A stretch of DNA of 64,000 nucleotides, taken from assembly GCA_964586775.1 (NCBI GenBank), contig CAZPJD010000225.1, positions 464 to 64,463 on the forward strand, read 5' to 3'. The notes below the pieces were generated by a model. That model was given only the letters and a program-made list of their open reading frames with translations, did no database searches and was not told where the DNA came from. Made by a program: the position numbers and the translations under genes. This DNA is from an uncultured bacterium (lineage in GTDB: Bacteria; Lernaellota; Lernaellaia; JACKCT01). Shown here piece after piece: positions 41,997-52,053 of the stretch (position 1 is the stretch's first letter; the number at the start of each line of letters is the position of its first letter).

Positions 41997-43930
41997 CCAT
42001 CTCTCCGCGGCGTATGCAGAACCGCCGGGGGATGCTCGTCCGTCGCCGTTTCGGCCATCCCCTGGCGCGTCAATTCTCGCATCAAAACAACCGTCTCGTC
42101 CACGCGTTCCTCGCCGGACAGCTCGATCAGCCGCCGGACCCGCTGGTCGAAATCGCGCGTGACGCCGAGCTGCGCCGCGGGTTCGGCGTAGATCTTGTCG
42201 TGCGCCGTGCGCTCCATCTTCTCCTTGCCCGTGAACAGCTCTTCGGAGAGCTTTTCGCCGGGGCGAAGGCCCACGAACTTGATCTCGATATCCTTGTCGG
42301 CGTCGAGCCCGGACAGGCGGATCAAATTGCGCGCGAGTTCCAGAATGTTGATCTGCTCGCCCATCTCCAGCACGAAGATCTCGCCACCCTGGCCCATCGC
42401 CGCCGCTTGCATCACGAGCTGCGTCGCCTCGGTGACGGTCATGAAGTAGCGCTGCGCCTTGGGGTGCGTCACCGTCACCGGCCCGCCCTCGGAAATCTGC
42501 CGGTGGAAGAGCGGAATCACCGAGCCCGACGAGCCCATCACGTTGCCGAAACGCACCGCGATGAATTTCGTCTTCGGCTGCTTTTGAGCGAGCGATTGCA
42601 GGATCATCTCGCCGATGCGCTTGGTCATGCCCATGACGTTGGTCGGGCGCACGGCCTTGTCGGTGGAGATGAAGACGAAGCGTTCGACATCGCGCTCGAT
42701 CGCGGCCATCGCCACGTTGAGCGTTCCCTCGACGTTGTTGCGCAGCGCCTCGATGGGGTGCAGCTCCATCATGGGCACATGCTTGTATGCGGCGGCGTGA
42801 AAGACCACCTGCGGCTTGTGCTCCGCCATCACCGCCAGCAGCTTCTGGCGGTCGAGAATGTCGCCGATGATGGGCAGCGTGCGGACGTGCGGGAAGTGTT
42901 GAACGAGTTCCCACTGGATCATGAACAGCGCGTTTTCGTTGCGCTCGAACAGCACGATCGTGTCGGGGTCGACGGCCGCGATCTGGCGGCACAGCTCGCT
43001 GCCGATCGAACCGCCCGCGCCGGTGATCAGAATCGTGCGTCCTTCGAGCTGCGAGCGGATCAGATCCTGATCGAGGCGCACGGTTTTGCGCCCCAGCAGG
43101 TCCTCGACCGACACCTCGCGAAGCTGCTTGACCGATACGCGCTCGTTGAGGATGTCCGCCATCGGCGGCACGATCTTGAAGCGCACGTTCGTTTCGCGGA
43201 AGCGGCTGATGAGGTCCTTGAGTTCCTTGGGCTTGAGCGACGGCGACGTGATGATGATCTCGTCGACCTTGTGGCGTTCCAGAATGCGCGGGATCTCTTC
43301 GCGACCGCCGAGGATCGACACACCGTGGATCTTGAAGCCCTTCTTCGGCGCGAAGTCGTCGATGAAACCGATCACGTTCAGGCGCAGCGCCTCGTTGTTG
43401 CGGATCTCCTTGAGCAGCTCCACGCCGATCTGACGGCTGCCGTAGATCAGCACGTTCGACCCGGCGGGGGTGCGTTCGTTGAGGAGCTTTTCGCGAAACG
43501 CGCGAAGCGAGAAACGGATGCCGCCGATGAACGTGATCGTGATGAACCAGTCGATCATGAAGATCGAGCGGGGGAAGCCCGGGAAGAAGAAGACCGCGAC
43601 GACGATGAAGGCGAGCGTCGAAACCGTGCTGGCGCGGATGATGTCCGACAGGTCGTCCATGCCGACGTACCGCCACCAGCCGCGGTACAGATCGAAGTAG
43701 TAGAACACCGCGATCTTGATCAGGATGATCCACGGTGCACTGCGCCAGAACAGACGGCCCGCCCAGCCGGAGAGATCCGAATCGAAACGCAGTGAAAACG
43801 CGAGAAAATAGCCGAAAACGATCAGGACGATCTGGCTGGAGACGATAAACACGCGCCGAAATCGCAGCACGCTGTGCCCGAACGGCGTATCCAGAAAATT
43901 TCGTCCGCGTAAATCTTCGCGAAGACCCAT
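41993..43930 (-). CDS. Polysaccharide biosynthesis protein CapD/WbpM/PglF-like (membrane-anchored UDP-sugar 4,6-dehydratase)
   Basis: 4 N-terminal TM helices, two Rossmann folds 'ILITGAGGSIGSEL', 'YKHVPMME' catalytic region; 645 aa. Confidence 0.85.
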   Translation of the reverse strand: MGLREDLRGRNFLDTPFGHSVLRFRRVFIVSSQIVLIVFGYFLAFSLRFDSDLSGWAGRLFWRSAPWIILIKIAVFYYFDLYRGWWRYVGMDDLSDIIRASTVSTLAFIVVAVFFFPGFPRSIFMIDWFITITFIGGIRFSLRAFREKLLNERTPAGSNVLIYGSRQIGVELLKEIRNNEALRLNVIGFIDDFAPKKGFKIHGVSILGGREEIPRILERHKVDEIIITSPSLKPKELKDLISRFRETNVRFKIVPPMADILNERVSVKQLREVSVEDLLGRKTVRLDQDLIRSQLEGRTILITGAGGSIGSELCRQIAAVDPDTIVLFERNENALFMIQWELVQHFPHVRTLPIIGDILDRQKLLAVMAEHKPQVVFHAAAYKHVPMMELHPIEALRNNVEGTLNVAMAAIERDVERFVFISTDKAVRPTNVMGMTKRIGEMILQSLAQKQPKTKFIAVRFGNVMGSSGSVIPLFHRQISEGGPVTVTHPKAQRYFMTVTEATQLVMQAAAMGQGGEIFVLEMGEQINILELARNLIRLSGLDADKDIEIKFVGLRPGEKLSEELFTGKEKMERTAHDKIYAEPAAQLGVTRDFDQRVRRLIELSGEERVDETVVLMRELTRQGMAETATDEHPPAVLHTPRRDG

Positions 43931-44066
43931 GGCGGGTGGTCGTCCCTTTCCGGCCCCGATCCCATCACATATCGAATCAAAATCGAGGGAAGTTTAGCGG
44001 GAGCCGCACGGAAGGGCAACACCCGAGCCAAGAAAAGTGACCGACTGGACGAATCGGTCAGACCGT

Positions 44067-44804
44067 TCAGCCCATCTTTTCGATCAGGTCCTCGGACTCG
44101 ACGACCCGGCTCACCGGCGATGGATCGATCGCGATGCGCAGAAGCGCCAGGCCGAGCTGCGCTCCAGTGATCGTCCGCCAGCGGCGACCGAAGCGCGCGA
44201 GCCCCACCGCGCCCGCCGCGCCCGAGAACGCGTCGAAAAACGTTGCGGCCGCGCGCTCGGCGGGCCGGGCGTCGTCGCGATCCGCGCCGCTGATGAACGC
44301 GGGGCGCACGATGGAGTACGGCAACCCCGAGCCGCGCACGGCCTCTTCGGCCATCCAGCGTGCCCGGCCATAGGGCGAGGTCGAGCTGGCGTTCGTGCCA
44401 ATCGCCGAGAGATACACGATGCGCGGCGAGAGTCCCGACGCCTTCGCCGCGTCGACGGTCATTTTCGTCAGCCCGAAATCCACCGCCATGTAGCTCTGCG
44501 CGCTCGCGTCGCCCCCCGCGCGGGCCACGTGCTTCGCCCGGTCGCGCGTGGTGCCGATGGCGATGACGATCGCGGCGGGTCGCTCCCGGCGAAACGTCGC
44601 CGCCAGCGATTCGGTTTCCCAAGGGGTCGCATCGACCCGAGCGCCGATGCCCTCGAACCGGCTCGACCACTCGCCGAGGCGCGGCGAATCGGGGCGAACG
44701 TGCGCGATCGTGTCGATTTCGGCGTCGCGCGCCGCGCGCACCACCTCGCGCCCGGTGTAGCCGGTCGCCCCAAGAACGAAGAGGGCGTTCGAAAAATTGG
44801 TCAT
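44067..44804 (-). CDS. NAD(P)-binding NmrA/SDR-like oxidoreductase
   Basis: 'ALFVLGATGYTGREVV' Rossmann motif; 245 aa. Confidence 0.7.
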   Translation of the reverse strand: MTNFSNALFVLGATGYTGREVVRAARDAEIDTIAHVRPDSPRLGEWSSRFEGIGARVDATPWETESLAATFRRERPAAIVIAIGTTRDRAKHVARAGGDASAQSYMAVDFGLTKMTVDAAKASGLSPRIVYLSAIGTNASSTSPYGRARWMAEEAVRGSGLPYSIVRPAFISGADRDDARPAERAAATFFDAFSGAAGAVGLARFGRRWRTITGAQLGLALLRIAIDPSPVSRVVESEDLIEKMG

Positions 44805-45080
44805 GATCTCGCGAGTTTACCACGCGTTTCGGCCCGATGTCGTGGTTATTTGGCCGTTTGCGGAATTTTCGGGCGAATCTACGGATAGAGCTTATAGAAC
44901 TTTTCATTCAGGACTTCGCGGGCGCTTCCGACAACCCAAGGGAGCAAACGTCCCGATCGAAAAACTTCGAGCCCGCCAAAACGAGACCACACGCGCTGCG
45001 CGTGGTCCGTTTATCGATTCCGAGGGTTGTCTTTGTGCGTTTTTCGGTCGGCTCAGGGATTGAGCCGTGAGGGAGGTATC

Positions 45081-47390
45081 ATGTCCCGTCTGCGTTTCCG
45101 GTCCATCAGGTCCAAGCTGCTCGCCATGGGCGTCGCGCTCGTCGCCATGCCGGTCTTCGCCCTCACCGCGATCGCCCTTTACCTGGGCGGCGGCATGCAG
45201 GGAGAGGTCGGCGAACAGATGAGTGGCATGACGAACGCGAGCCTCGGCGCGGTGCTGCAGGGCGTCAATCACATGATCGACGCGCATGTGGCGACCGTGA
45301 AACAAGAGCTGCTGTCCGGATTCAACGTCGCCAAGCGCGTGCTGGCCGATGGCGGCGGCGCCGGTCTTTCCGCCGACCAGGTCGTCGAATGGCATGCCGA
45401 GAACCAGTTCACCAAACAGGCGCAGGCGCTGAAACTGCCCCGACTGACGCTCGGGGCCGCGGCGGTCGAGCCGCTCGCGGATTTCGCGAAACGCGCGCCC
45501 GTGGTGGACGACGTGCGCGACCTGATCGGCGCGTCTTGCACCATCTTCCAGAAGATGAACGACCAGGGCGATCTTCTGCGCGTGGCGACGAACGTGAAAA
45601 AGGCCGACGGCAAACGCGCGGTGGGCACTTACATCCCCGCCGTGAACCCCGACGGCAAGCCGAACCCCGTCGCGGCGGCGATCGCGCGCGGCGAGCGCTA
45701 CGAGGGCCGTGCGAAGGTCGTCGACACGTGGATGTCCACGGTGTACGAACCGCTCAAGGACGGCGCGGGCAAGACGATCGGCGCGCTCTTCATCGGCGTA
45801 CCCATCGAGGGAAGCGGCGCGCTGCGCAAGGCGATCTACGAAACGGTTGTGGGCAAGTCGGGCTACGTGTTCGTGATCGGCGGCTCGGGCGACGAGATGG
45901 GCCACTACGTCGTCTCGAAAAACGGCGAGCGCGACGGCGAGAACATCTGGGACGCGAAGGACGCCGACGGCAAGACGTTCATTCAGGAGATGGTGAACGA
46001 AGGCAAGAAGAAAAAGCCGGGCGAGTTCGGCATCATCCGCTACGCGTGGAAGAACAAAGACGAAACCAAGGCGCGCATGAAGATCAGCGCTTACACCTAC
46101 TACGAGCCGTGGGACTGGGTCATCGGCGCCGGCGCGTATGAGGACGACTTCCACGACGTGAACCAGCGCCTCGCGGCGGGCTTCGGGCGCATGCGCAACG
46201 GCTTCATCGTCGCGGGCGTGCTGACGACGCTGCTGGGCGTGGTGTTCACCCTGATCGTCGGCAACGCCATCGCCAAGCCGGTTCGCGTGACGAACACGGT
46301 GCTCAAAGACATCGCCGAGGGCGAGGGCGATCTGACGCGCCGCCTCGACGTGACGACCGCGGACGAAGTGGGCGAGCTCGCGCGCAATTTCAATGTCTTC
46401 GCCGAAAAACTCCAGAAGTCGGTGCGCAGCGTGCTCGAAAACACCGGCGCGCTTCGCCAAACGGTGTCGAAGCTCTCCACGGTGTCGTCGGGCCTCGCGA
46501 GCGGCGCGGAAGAAACCAACACGCAGACCAACGCGGTGGCCGCGGCGACCGAGCAGATCACGGCCAACGTTTCGCACGTCAACGGCGTCACGCAGAACAT
46601 GACGACGGGCGTGAACACCATCGCATCGTCGTCGGAAGAGGTGGCGTCGAGCGTCAACTCGGTGGTGGCGTCGATCGAGGAAATGTCGGGGAGCCTGAAC
46701 GAGGTCGCGCGCAACTGCGCGAACGCGTCGACGATCGCGGGCAAGGCGGCGACCATCGCGCGGGACGCGACGGACGTGATCCAGCGCCTGGCCGAAGCCT
46801 CGAAGCGCATCGACGTTGTGGTGGAGACGATCAGCGATATCGCGGACCAGACGAACCTGCTGGCGCTCAACGCGACGATCGAGGCGGCGAGCGCGGGCGA
46901 CGCGGGCAAGGGTTTCGCGGTGGTGGCCAACGAGGTGAAGGAACTGGCGAAACAGACCGCGACGGCGACGGGCGAGATCGCGGAGCAGATCCGCGAGATG
47001 CAGGAACGCACGGGCAAGGCGGTCGAGAGCATCACGGCGGTGGTCGGCGTGGTCGGCGAGATCGACGAGATCACGCACACGATCGCCGCGACGGTGGAGG
47101 AGCAGACCGCGGCGACGAACGAGATCGCGCGGGCGATGTCGTCGGCAGCGGGCGGCGTGGCGGGCATGTCGCGCAGCGTGCAGGAACTGCGCGATCACAT
47201 CCGCAACGACGTGGCGCGGGGCATCGAGGACGTGGCGACGACTGTGACCAGCGTGTCGCGCAACATTCAGAACGTGCACCTCGCGGCGCAGGAAACGGCG
47301 CGCGGCGCGGCGGTGACGAACGAGGTTTCGGAACAGATGACCATGCTCGCCGACGAGCTCGGCCGCGTCGTCGATCAGTTCCGCGTTTAG
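45081..47390 (+). CDS. Methyl-accepting chemotaxis protein with large periplasmic Cache-like sensor, HAMP and MA domains
   Basis: GGGAGG RBS; TM1, ~330-aa periplasmic region, TM2, HAMP, and the highly conserved MCP signalling block '[39 protein letters not shown]'. Confidence 0.85.
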   Translation: MSRLRFRSIRSKLLAMGVALVAMPVFALTAIALYLGGGMQGEVGEQMSGMTNASLGAVLQGVNHMIDAHVATVKQELLSGFNVAKRVLADGGGAGLSADQVVEWHAENQFTKQAQALKLPRLTLGAAAVEPLADFAKRAPVVDDVRDLIGASCTIFQKMNDQGDLLRVATNVKKADGKRAVGTYIPAVNPDGKPNPVAAAIARGERYEGRAKVVDTWMSTVYEPLKDGAGKTIGALFIGVPIEGSGALRKAIYETVVGKSGYVFVIGGSGDEMGHYVVSKNGERDGENIWDAKDADGKTFIQEMVNEGKKKKPGEFGIIRYAWKNKDETKARMKISAYTYYEPWDWVIGAGAYEDDFHDVNQRLAAGFGRMRNGFIVAGVLTTLLGVVFTLIVGNAIAKPVRVTNTVLKDIAEGEGDLTRRLDVTTADEVGELARNFNVFAEKLQKSVRSVLENTGALRQTVSKLSTVSSGLASGAEETNTQTNAVAAATEQITANVSHVNGVTQNMTTGVNTIASSSEEVASSVNSVVASIEEMSGSLNEVARNCANASTIAGKAATIARDATDVIQRLAEASKRIDVVVETISDIADQTNLLALNATIEAASAGDAGKGFAVVANEVKELAKQTATATGEIAEQIREMQERTGKAVESITAVVGVVGEIDEITHTIAATVEEQTAATNEIARAMSSAAGGVAGMSRSVQELRDHIRNDVARGIEDVATTVTSVSRNIQNVHLAAQETARGAAVTNEVSEQMTMLADELGRVVDQFRV

Positions 47391-47412
47391 GCTTCCGATA
47401 GATTCGCGATTC

Positions 47413-47434
47413 GGGGACGGGCTCGCCCGTCCCC
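47413..47434. terminator. Perfect 9-bp hairpin GGGGACGGG-CTCG-CCCGTCCCC between the convergent MCP and DUF1015 genes
   Basis: Located in the 48-bp convergent gap; no strong T-tract, so terminator function is tentative. Confidence 0.35.
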
Positions 47435-47438
47435 ATCT

Positions 47439-48674
47439 TCATTGGCGCGCGATGCGGCGCACCACGAGCCCCGAACGCAATTTGGGCTCGAACCACGTGG
47501 ACTTGGGCGGCATGACCTCGCCCGCGTCGGCGACGGCGAGCAGGTCGTCCATCGAGGTGGCGAAACACGCGATCGCGAGGCCCGACGGCGACGCGGCGAC
47601 GCGCTGTTCCAGCTCGGCGAGCGGCCGTGCGCCGCCGACGAACTCGATGCGCGGATTCGTGCGTGGGTTGTCGATGCCCAGGATCGGCCCGAGCAACTCG
47701 TCCTGCAAAACGGCCACGTCGAGCCGCGACGCGACGGACGTGCCGTTCGGTTTTTTCTTGGGCGCGATGCGAACCCACGAACCGTCGATGAAAAGGCCGA
47801 ATTCGCCCGGGCGCTCCGGCGCGGGCGTCGCCGCGCGTTTCACGTCGAACACCCATTCGACGCGCGCCATGACGTCGGCGACCGTTCGCGACTCGAGATC
47901 CGTGACGACCCGGTGATACGGTAGGATGCGAAGCTGGTTGTGCGGAAAGATCGTGGCCATCACGCGGGCGGCGGGCGATTCGGGTGAACCGTCGCCGACG
48001 CGCCCCTCGCGCCACACACGGGTCGAAGCGGCGATGCGGTGGTGGCCGTCGGCCACATAGAGCGATTCCACGTCGGCGAAGGCCGCGAGCAGGTTCTTCA
48101 CGTCGTCGTCGCGATCCACCACCCACAGCCGGTGGCGCACGCCGTCGGCCGCGCGAAACGCGATCGTGGGTTCGGTGCGCGCATGGCCGAGGATCGCGGC
48201 ATCCACGGAAGGGTCGGAGCGGTACGCCAGATAGACCTGCCCGGTATTGGCACCCGTCGTCGCGATGTGCCGCGTGCGGTCGAGCTCCTTGTCGGGGCGC
48301 GTGAATTCGTGGCGCTTGATGACGCCCGCCTCGTATTCGGCGAGGCTCACCTCGGCGATGAGGCCGGTCTGCGTGCGCCCCTCGCGTTCGAGCTCGTACA
48401 CGTAAAACTCGGGGCGCTCGCTTTCGCGAAGAGTTCCCGCCGAGACGAGGCGGTCGAGTTCGGCGCGTGCGCGCGCGTACACGGCGTCGCCGTAGGGGTC
48501 CTCGCTCTCGGCCATGGCGGCCTCGGAACGGACCACGCGCATGAAGCTGTCGGGGTGCGTCGCCGCGATTTGCCGCGCCTCGGCGGCGTTCACGACGTCA
48601 TAGGGCGGGCACGACACATTGGCCGCGCAATCGGCCCGAACCACATCGCCTCGAAAAGGCGCGACGAACACCAT
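47439..48674 (-). CDS. DUF1015 domain protein
   Basis: Start chosen at 'MVFVAPFRGDVV' (family-typical N-terminus); 'VADGHHRIAAS' conserved motif. Confidence 0.7.
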   Translation of the reverse strand: MVFVAPFRGDVVRADCAANVSCPPYDVVNAAEARQIAATHPDSFMRVVRSEAAMAESEDPYGDAVYARARAELDRLVSAGTLRESERPEFYVYELEREGRTQTGLIAEVSLAEYEAGVIKRHEFTRPDKELDRTRHIATTGANTGQVYLAYRSDPSVDAAILGHARTEPTIAFRAADGVRHRLWVVDRDDDVKNLLAAFADVESLYVADGHHRIAASTRVWREGRVGDGSPESPAARVMATIFPHNQLRILPYHRVVTDLESRTVADVMARVEWVFDVKRAATPAPERPGEFGLFIDGSWVRIAPKKKPNGTSVASRLDVAVLQDELLGPILGIDNPRTNPRIEFVGGARPLAELEQRVAASPSGLAIACFATSMDDLLAVADAGEVMPPKSTWFEPKLRSGLVVRRIARQ

Positions 48675-48788
48675 GACGACTCCGGCGGCAAAACACCCAG
48701 GAACGGGGACGAGAAAGGGGCGAAAAAGCCGCCGGATTATAAGGAGCAAGGCCCGCGGCGCAAGGGCGCGGCAACGCCATGCCCGGAA

Positions 48789-50033
48789 TCAGGCGCAGCC
48801 GCCTCCGCCGTCCGACCCGCCGCCGTCGTCGTCGCCGCCCCCGTTTCCGCCGCCGACGCCTCCGAGACCCGTGTCGCTGTCGTCGTCATCATCGTCGTCG
48901 TCACCGGGGAACCAGCCGTCGTCGTCATCGTCGTCGGACGGCTGCGTGGTGGTGGTGGTCGAGGTCGGGATCGAGGTTGTCGTCGGGCTCGTCGTCGTGG
49001 TCGTGCCCGGGTTCGTCGTGGTCGTCGTCGCGTGCGTGGTTGTCGTCGTGTGCGTCGTGGTGGTCACGTGCGTCGTGGTGGTGGTCGTCGTCGTGGTGAC
49101 GACAACCGTGTACTTCTCCATCACATCCGACGGAAAACCCAGAGGGCCGATCGGATCGCCGCCTGCCACCCACAGTGCGTTCTGCGACACCGCCCAGCCC
49201 ACGCGGTAGCGGTTTTGCACGACGTTCGTCGTCTGCGTCCACGATCCCCCGGGGGTCGCGGTGTAACCCTTGTTCACCCAACCGCCGCTGCCGTTTTCGC
49301 CGTGCGAAAAGATCAGCTTGCCGTTCGCCGTTCCCGACGCGCCGCCCCACCAGATCGTCGGCAGGTTCGGGCACGTGTCCCACGAGTCCGTCCCCGGCGT
49401 GTACACGTCGCAGGTGTTGAGCTCCGTGTCCGTCTCATCGACGCCGCCGAACACATAGAGCTTGCCGCCCGCGACGCCGCTTCCGTGGAACCGCCGCGAG
49501 GTGGGCATGGGCGTGAGCGCTAGCCATTCGTCGTTGTCGGGATCGTAGGACCAGCACTCGGGGTGCGACAAATCATTCTGATCGCCACCGCCGCACAGGT
49601 AGAGCAATGTGCCGATCTTGTCGAAGGTGTAGGCGTAGCGCGGCCCCGGCACCGTCGCCGTCATCGTCTCGAAAAGATTCCACGTGGTCTGGTATCGATA
49701 CACCGTGCCGACCACGTTCGTGCCATCGAAACCGCCCGGGATGTAGATCCAGCCGCCCAGCTCCGTGCCGTGGCCGAGCGCCAGGGCCGCCGGAAGGTTC
49801 GCCGCGTTCGACCATGTCAGTGTCGAGATCTTGTATTTATCCGACGAACGCAGGTAGCTGCCCAGCCAGTCCATTCCGCCGAACACATAGATGTTCTGGG
49901 CATCCGCAGCCATGATCGGATCAAAGCGCTGGGTGTCCATGCCCGACATCTGCGTCCATTGGGCAGCCGCGGGCGATGCCGCGACGATTGCGAACGCGAA
50001 CGCAACAAACCACAGAAAAGCGCGAGAGCGCAT
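48789..50033 (-). CDS. Secreted Kelch-repeat beta-propeller protein with poly-Thr linker and poly-Asp/Gly C-terminal tail ending -GGGGCA
   Basis: Signal peptide 'MRSRAFLWFVAFAFAIVAASPAAAQ'; Kelch blades 'IYVFGG', 'WIYIPGG', 'LYLCGG', 'LYVFGG', 'LWVAGG'; tail 'TTTTTTTTTHVTTTTH...PSDDDDDDGWFPGDDDDDDDDSDTGLGGVGGGNGGGDDDGGGSDGGGGCA*'. Confidence 0.7.
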   Translation of the reverse strand: MRSRAFLWFVAFAFAIVAASPAAAQWTQMSGMDTQRFDPIMAADAQNIYVFGGMDWLGSYLRSSDKYKISTLTWSNAANLPAALALGHGTELGGWIYIPGGFDGTNVVGTVYRYQTTWNLFETMTATVPGPRYAYTFDKIGTLLYLCGGGDQNDLSHPECWSYDPDNDEWLALTPMPTSRRFHGSGVAGGKLYVFGGVDETDTELNTCDVYTPGTDSWDTCPNLPTIWWGGASGTANGKLIFSHGENGSGGWVNKGYTATPGGSWTQTTNVVQNRYRVGWAVSQNALWVAGGDPIGPLGFPSDVMEKYTVVVTTTTTTTTTHVTTTTHTTTTTHATTTTTNPGTTTTTSPTTTSIPTSTTTTTQPSDDDDDDGWFPGDDDDDDDDSDTGLGGVGGGNGGGDDDGGGSDGGGGCA

Positions 50034-50280
50034 TGTTCCGTCTCCCCAAAGCGGAATCACGCGTTGCCGACCACGGCCTGTGTAACACAACTGACCGGCG
50101 GTTCTCAACGGGGACGCGTGGGGGCCGCCTCCTCGCCGCCCACGGTCTGGGCAGGTGTGGGTCGTGAAGAATTCCGCCACTTGGCTTGATATCGATGTCA
50201 TCTATACTGAGTGCGATCATTGTCCATTTTCCGGGCGAGCCCCTACGCGTCCGCGCCGGCTCGTCCACGGAAGGGACCCC

Positions 50281-51987
50281 ATGACCGACGAACAAGAAGC
50301 TTTGGTCGAATCGATCGCGAAATCCACGAAGCGAACCATATCGCTCCTCTACGTTCAGCTCAGTCTGTGCCTTTATGTGTGCGTGATGCTCGCGGGCAAC
50401 GGGGCGCGAGGATATCTCGGCGCGGGCAAGGAAGTGCGGCTGCCCATTATCGATTTTCCAATCCATTATCGGGCGTTTTCCGTCATCGGGCCGTGGATGG
50501 TCGTCTCGACCTCGATGTGCCTGTATTTCGAACTGCGTCGACTGTATCGCTGGTATCAAGAACTTGCGGCGACGCGGTGCGACACCCCTCGCGATTGGAG
50601 CATCGTCGTCGAGCCGTCGATATTCGGGTCGCTGGTCCTCGATCGAGGAATGAAGAGCACCGACCGGCTGGTGCTGTCGGTGCTAGTGGGCGCGGCGATG
50701 TGGCTCGTCCCGGTCTTCACGGTATGGCTCTTCGCATGGGAGTTTTCAGCGCTCCACGGTTTCTGGTCGTCGACCTACCACGCACTGGTCGTGTTGGTGA
50801 TGACCGGGGCCGCCTTCGTCTCGGGTTTGCGTTGCGACGTTTGGGTCGATACGCAGAAGCGACGAACGCGGGCTCTCGTTTACGCCCTCCGGATCGTGCT
50901 CGCGTTCGTGCCGGTCGGCCTTGCGGCAAACTACGCGGTTGCCGCCGCGCGGGGCGAGTTCCCTCCGTTCGCCGAAGGTCGGTTCGAGTCGTTCGTTGCG
51001 CGGGCAAGCTTGCCGCTGAATCTGTCGGCGGAGCGCGCGGCGTTCGAAACCCTCGATCGCGCCGCGGAGCGACCGTCCCCCTCCGCCGAAAGGGAAATGG
51101 GCTTCGCGGAAGGGGAACGCGACGCGGGGGCCGGTGCGCCGCAATTCATCGGGGTCGAGTTGTCAGCGATGCCACTGCAATCCGCGGATCTGCGCGGGGC
51201 GGATCTGCGCGGTGTGGACTTCCGGGGTTCGGATCTCAGCGGAGCGATGCTCGAGGGTGCCGATCTGCGCGATGCGAACTTCACGAGGAGGCGCGTGGAA
51301 TATTCGGGCGATCCGCTTTCGCGGCTCGGCGTCTGGATGAGTCCCGCACATCGGCACATGGAAAAGCGGTCGGCCGCCATTGCCACCCGATGCGCTGATG
51401 AGGATGCAGACGAAGCGACCGAACCGGACGTTTGGGTCCGCTCGATCCGGGTGCCCGCGACACTGGAGCATGCACGAATGGAGAATGTGTTGGCGTCGAA
51501 CGCCCGCTTCGGTTGCGCACAGATGTCCCAAGCCCGAATGCGTCGCATCGACCTGACCCGCGCGAGCCTCAACCGCGCGGATCTGACCGGAGTGAAATTG
51601 AATGAAGCCATGATGCGAAACTCCAACCTTCGCCGGGTCGATTTGACCTGCGCGGCGCTCGACAACGCCGATCTCGGCGGCGCGGACATTTTCGGCGCCC
51701 GTCTCGATCGAACATCCCTGTGCAATGCCATCCTCGCCGTACGCGTGGTAGAGTCCGTGCAATCCGACTGCACCCCCGCATTTTCTTCCGAAGCGGACGC
51801 GGCCTTGACGCGGACACTTGGTCGGGCAGGCGTCGTACGCGATGCCCTCGTCGACGACCGGGCGATCGCGAGCATCACGAAGTCGTGGAATGCGTTGGCC
51901 AACCGCAAATGGCGCGTCACAAGGTCGAATGGATGCTGGACCGCGCGGCAGGTTCGGCCCGACGATCCCGATCCCTGCGCCGACTAA
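50281..51987 (+). CDS. Membrane protein with C-terminal pentapeptide-repeat domain
   Basis: Start chosen at MTDEQEALV; ~6 TM helices, then 'ADLRGADLRGVDFRGSDLSGAMLEGADLRDANF' and 'ADLTGVKLNEAMMRNSNLRRVDLTCAALDNADLGGADIFGARLDRTSL' pentapeptide runs. Confidence 0.6.
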   Translation: MTDEQEALVESIAKSTKRTISLLYVQLSLCLYVCVMLAGNGARGYLGAGKEVRLPIIDFPIHYRAFSVIGPWMVVSTSMCLYFELRRLYRWYQELAATRCDTPRDWSIVVEPSIFGSLVLDRGMKSTDRLVLSVLVGAAMWLVPVFTVWLFAWEFSALHGFWSSTYHALVVLVMTGAAFVSGLRCDVWVDTQKRRTRALVYALRIVLAFVPVGLAANYAVAAARGEFPPFAEGRFESFVARASLPLNLSAERAAFETLDRAAERPSPSAEREMGFAEGERDAGAGAPQFIGVELSAMPLQSADLRGADLRGVDFRGSDLSGAMLEGADLRDANFTRRRVEYSGDPLSRLGVWMSPAHRHMEKRSAAIATRCADEDADEATEPDVWVRSIRVPATLEHARMENVLASNARFGCAQMSQARMRRIDLTRASLNRADLTGVKLNEAMMRNSNLRRVDLTCAALDNADLGGADIFGARLDRTSLCNAILAVRVVESVQSDCTPAFSSEADAALTRTLGRAGVVRDALVDDRAIASITKSWNALANRKWRVTRSNGCWTARQVRPDDPDPCAD

Positions 51988-52053
51988 GGAGGCGGGACGA
52001 ATCCCTGGTCGCGCGGAAATCGCGCCGCTGCGCGCGAGCCCCGAACCACATCG

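Noticed and set aside
40986-43733. 915-aa minus-strand ORF
   Set aside because: It is a chimera. Only its last 336 codons (the OM beta-barrel protein with signal peptide) look coding. The upstream part is an alternative frame of the CapD/WbpM gene, which itself carries clear Rossmann and TM motifs.
43822-44907. 361-aa minus-strand ORF overlapping the NmrA-like gene in another frame
   Set aside because: It is Arg/Gly-rich low complexity. The NmrA-like frame has the Rossmann GxxGxxG motif and sensible boundaries.
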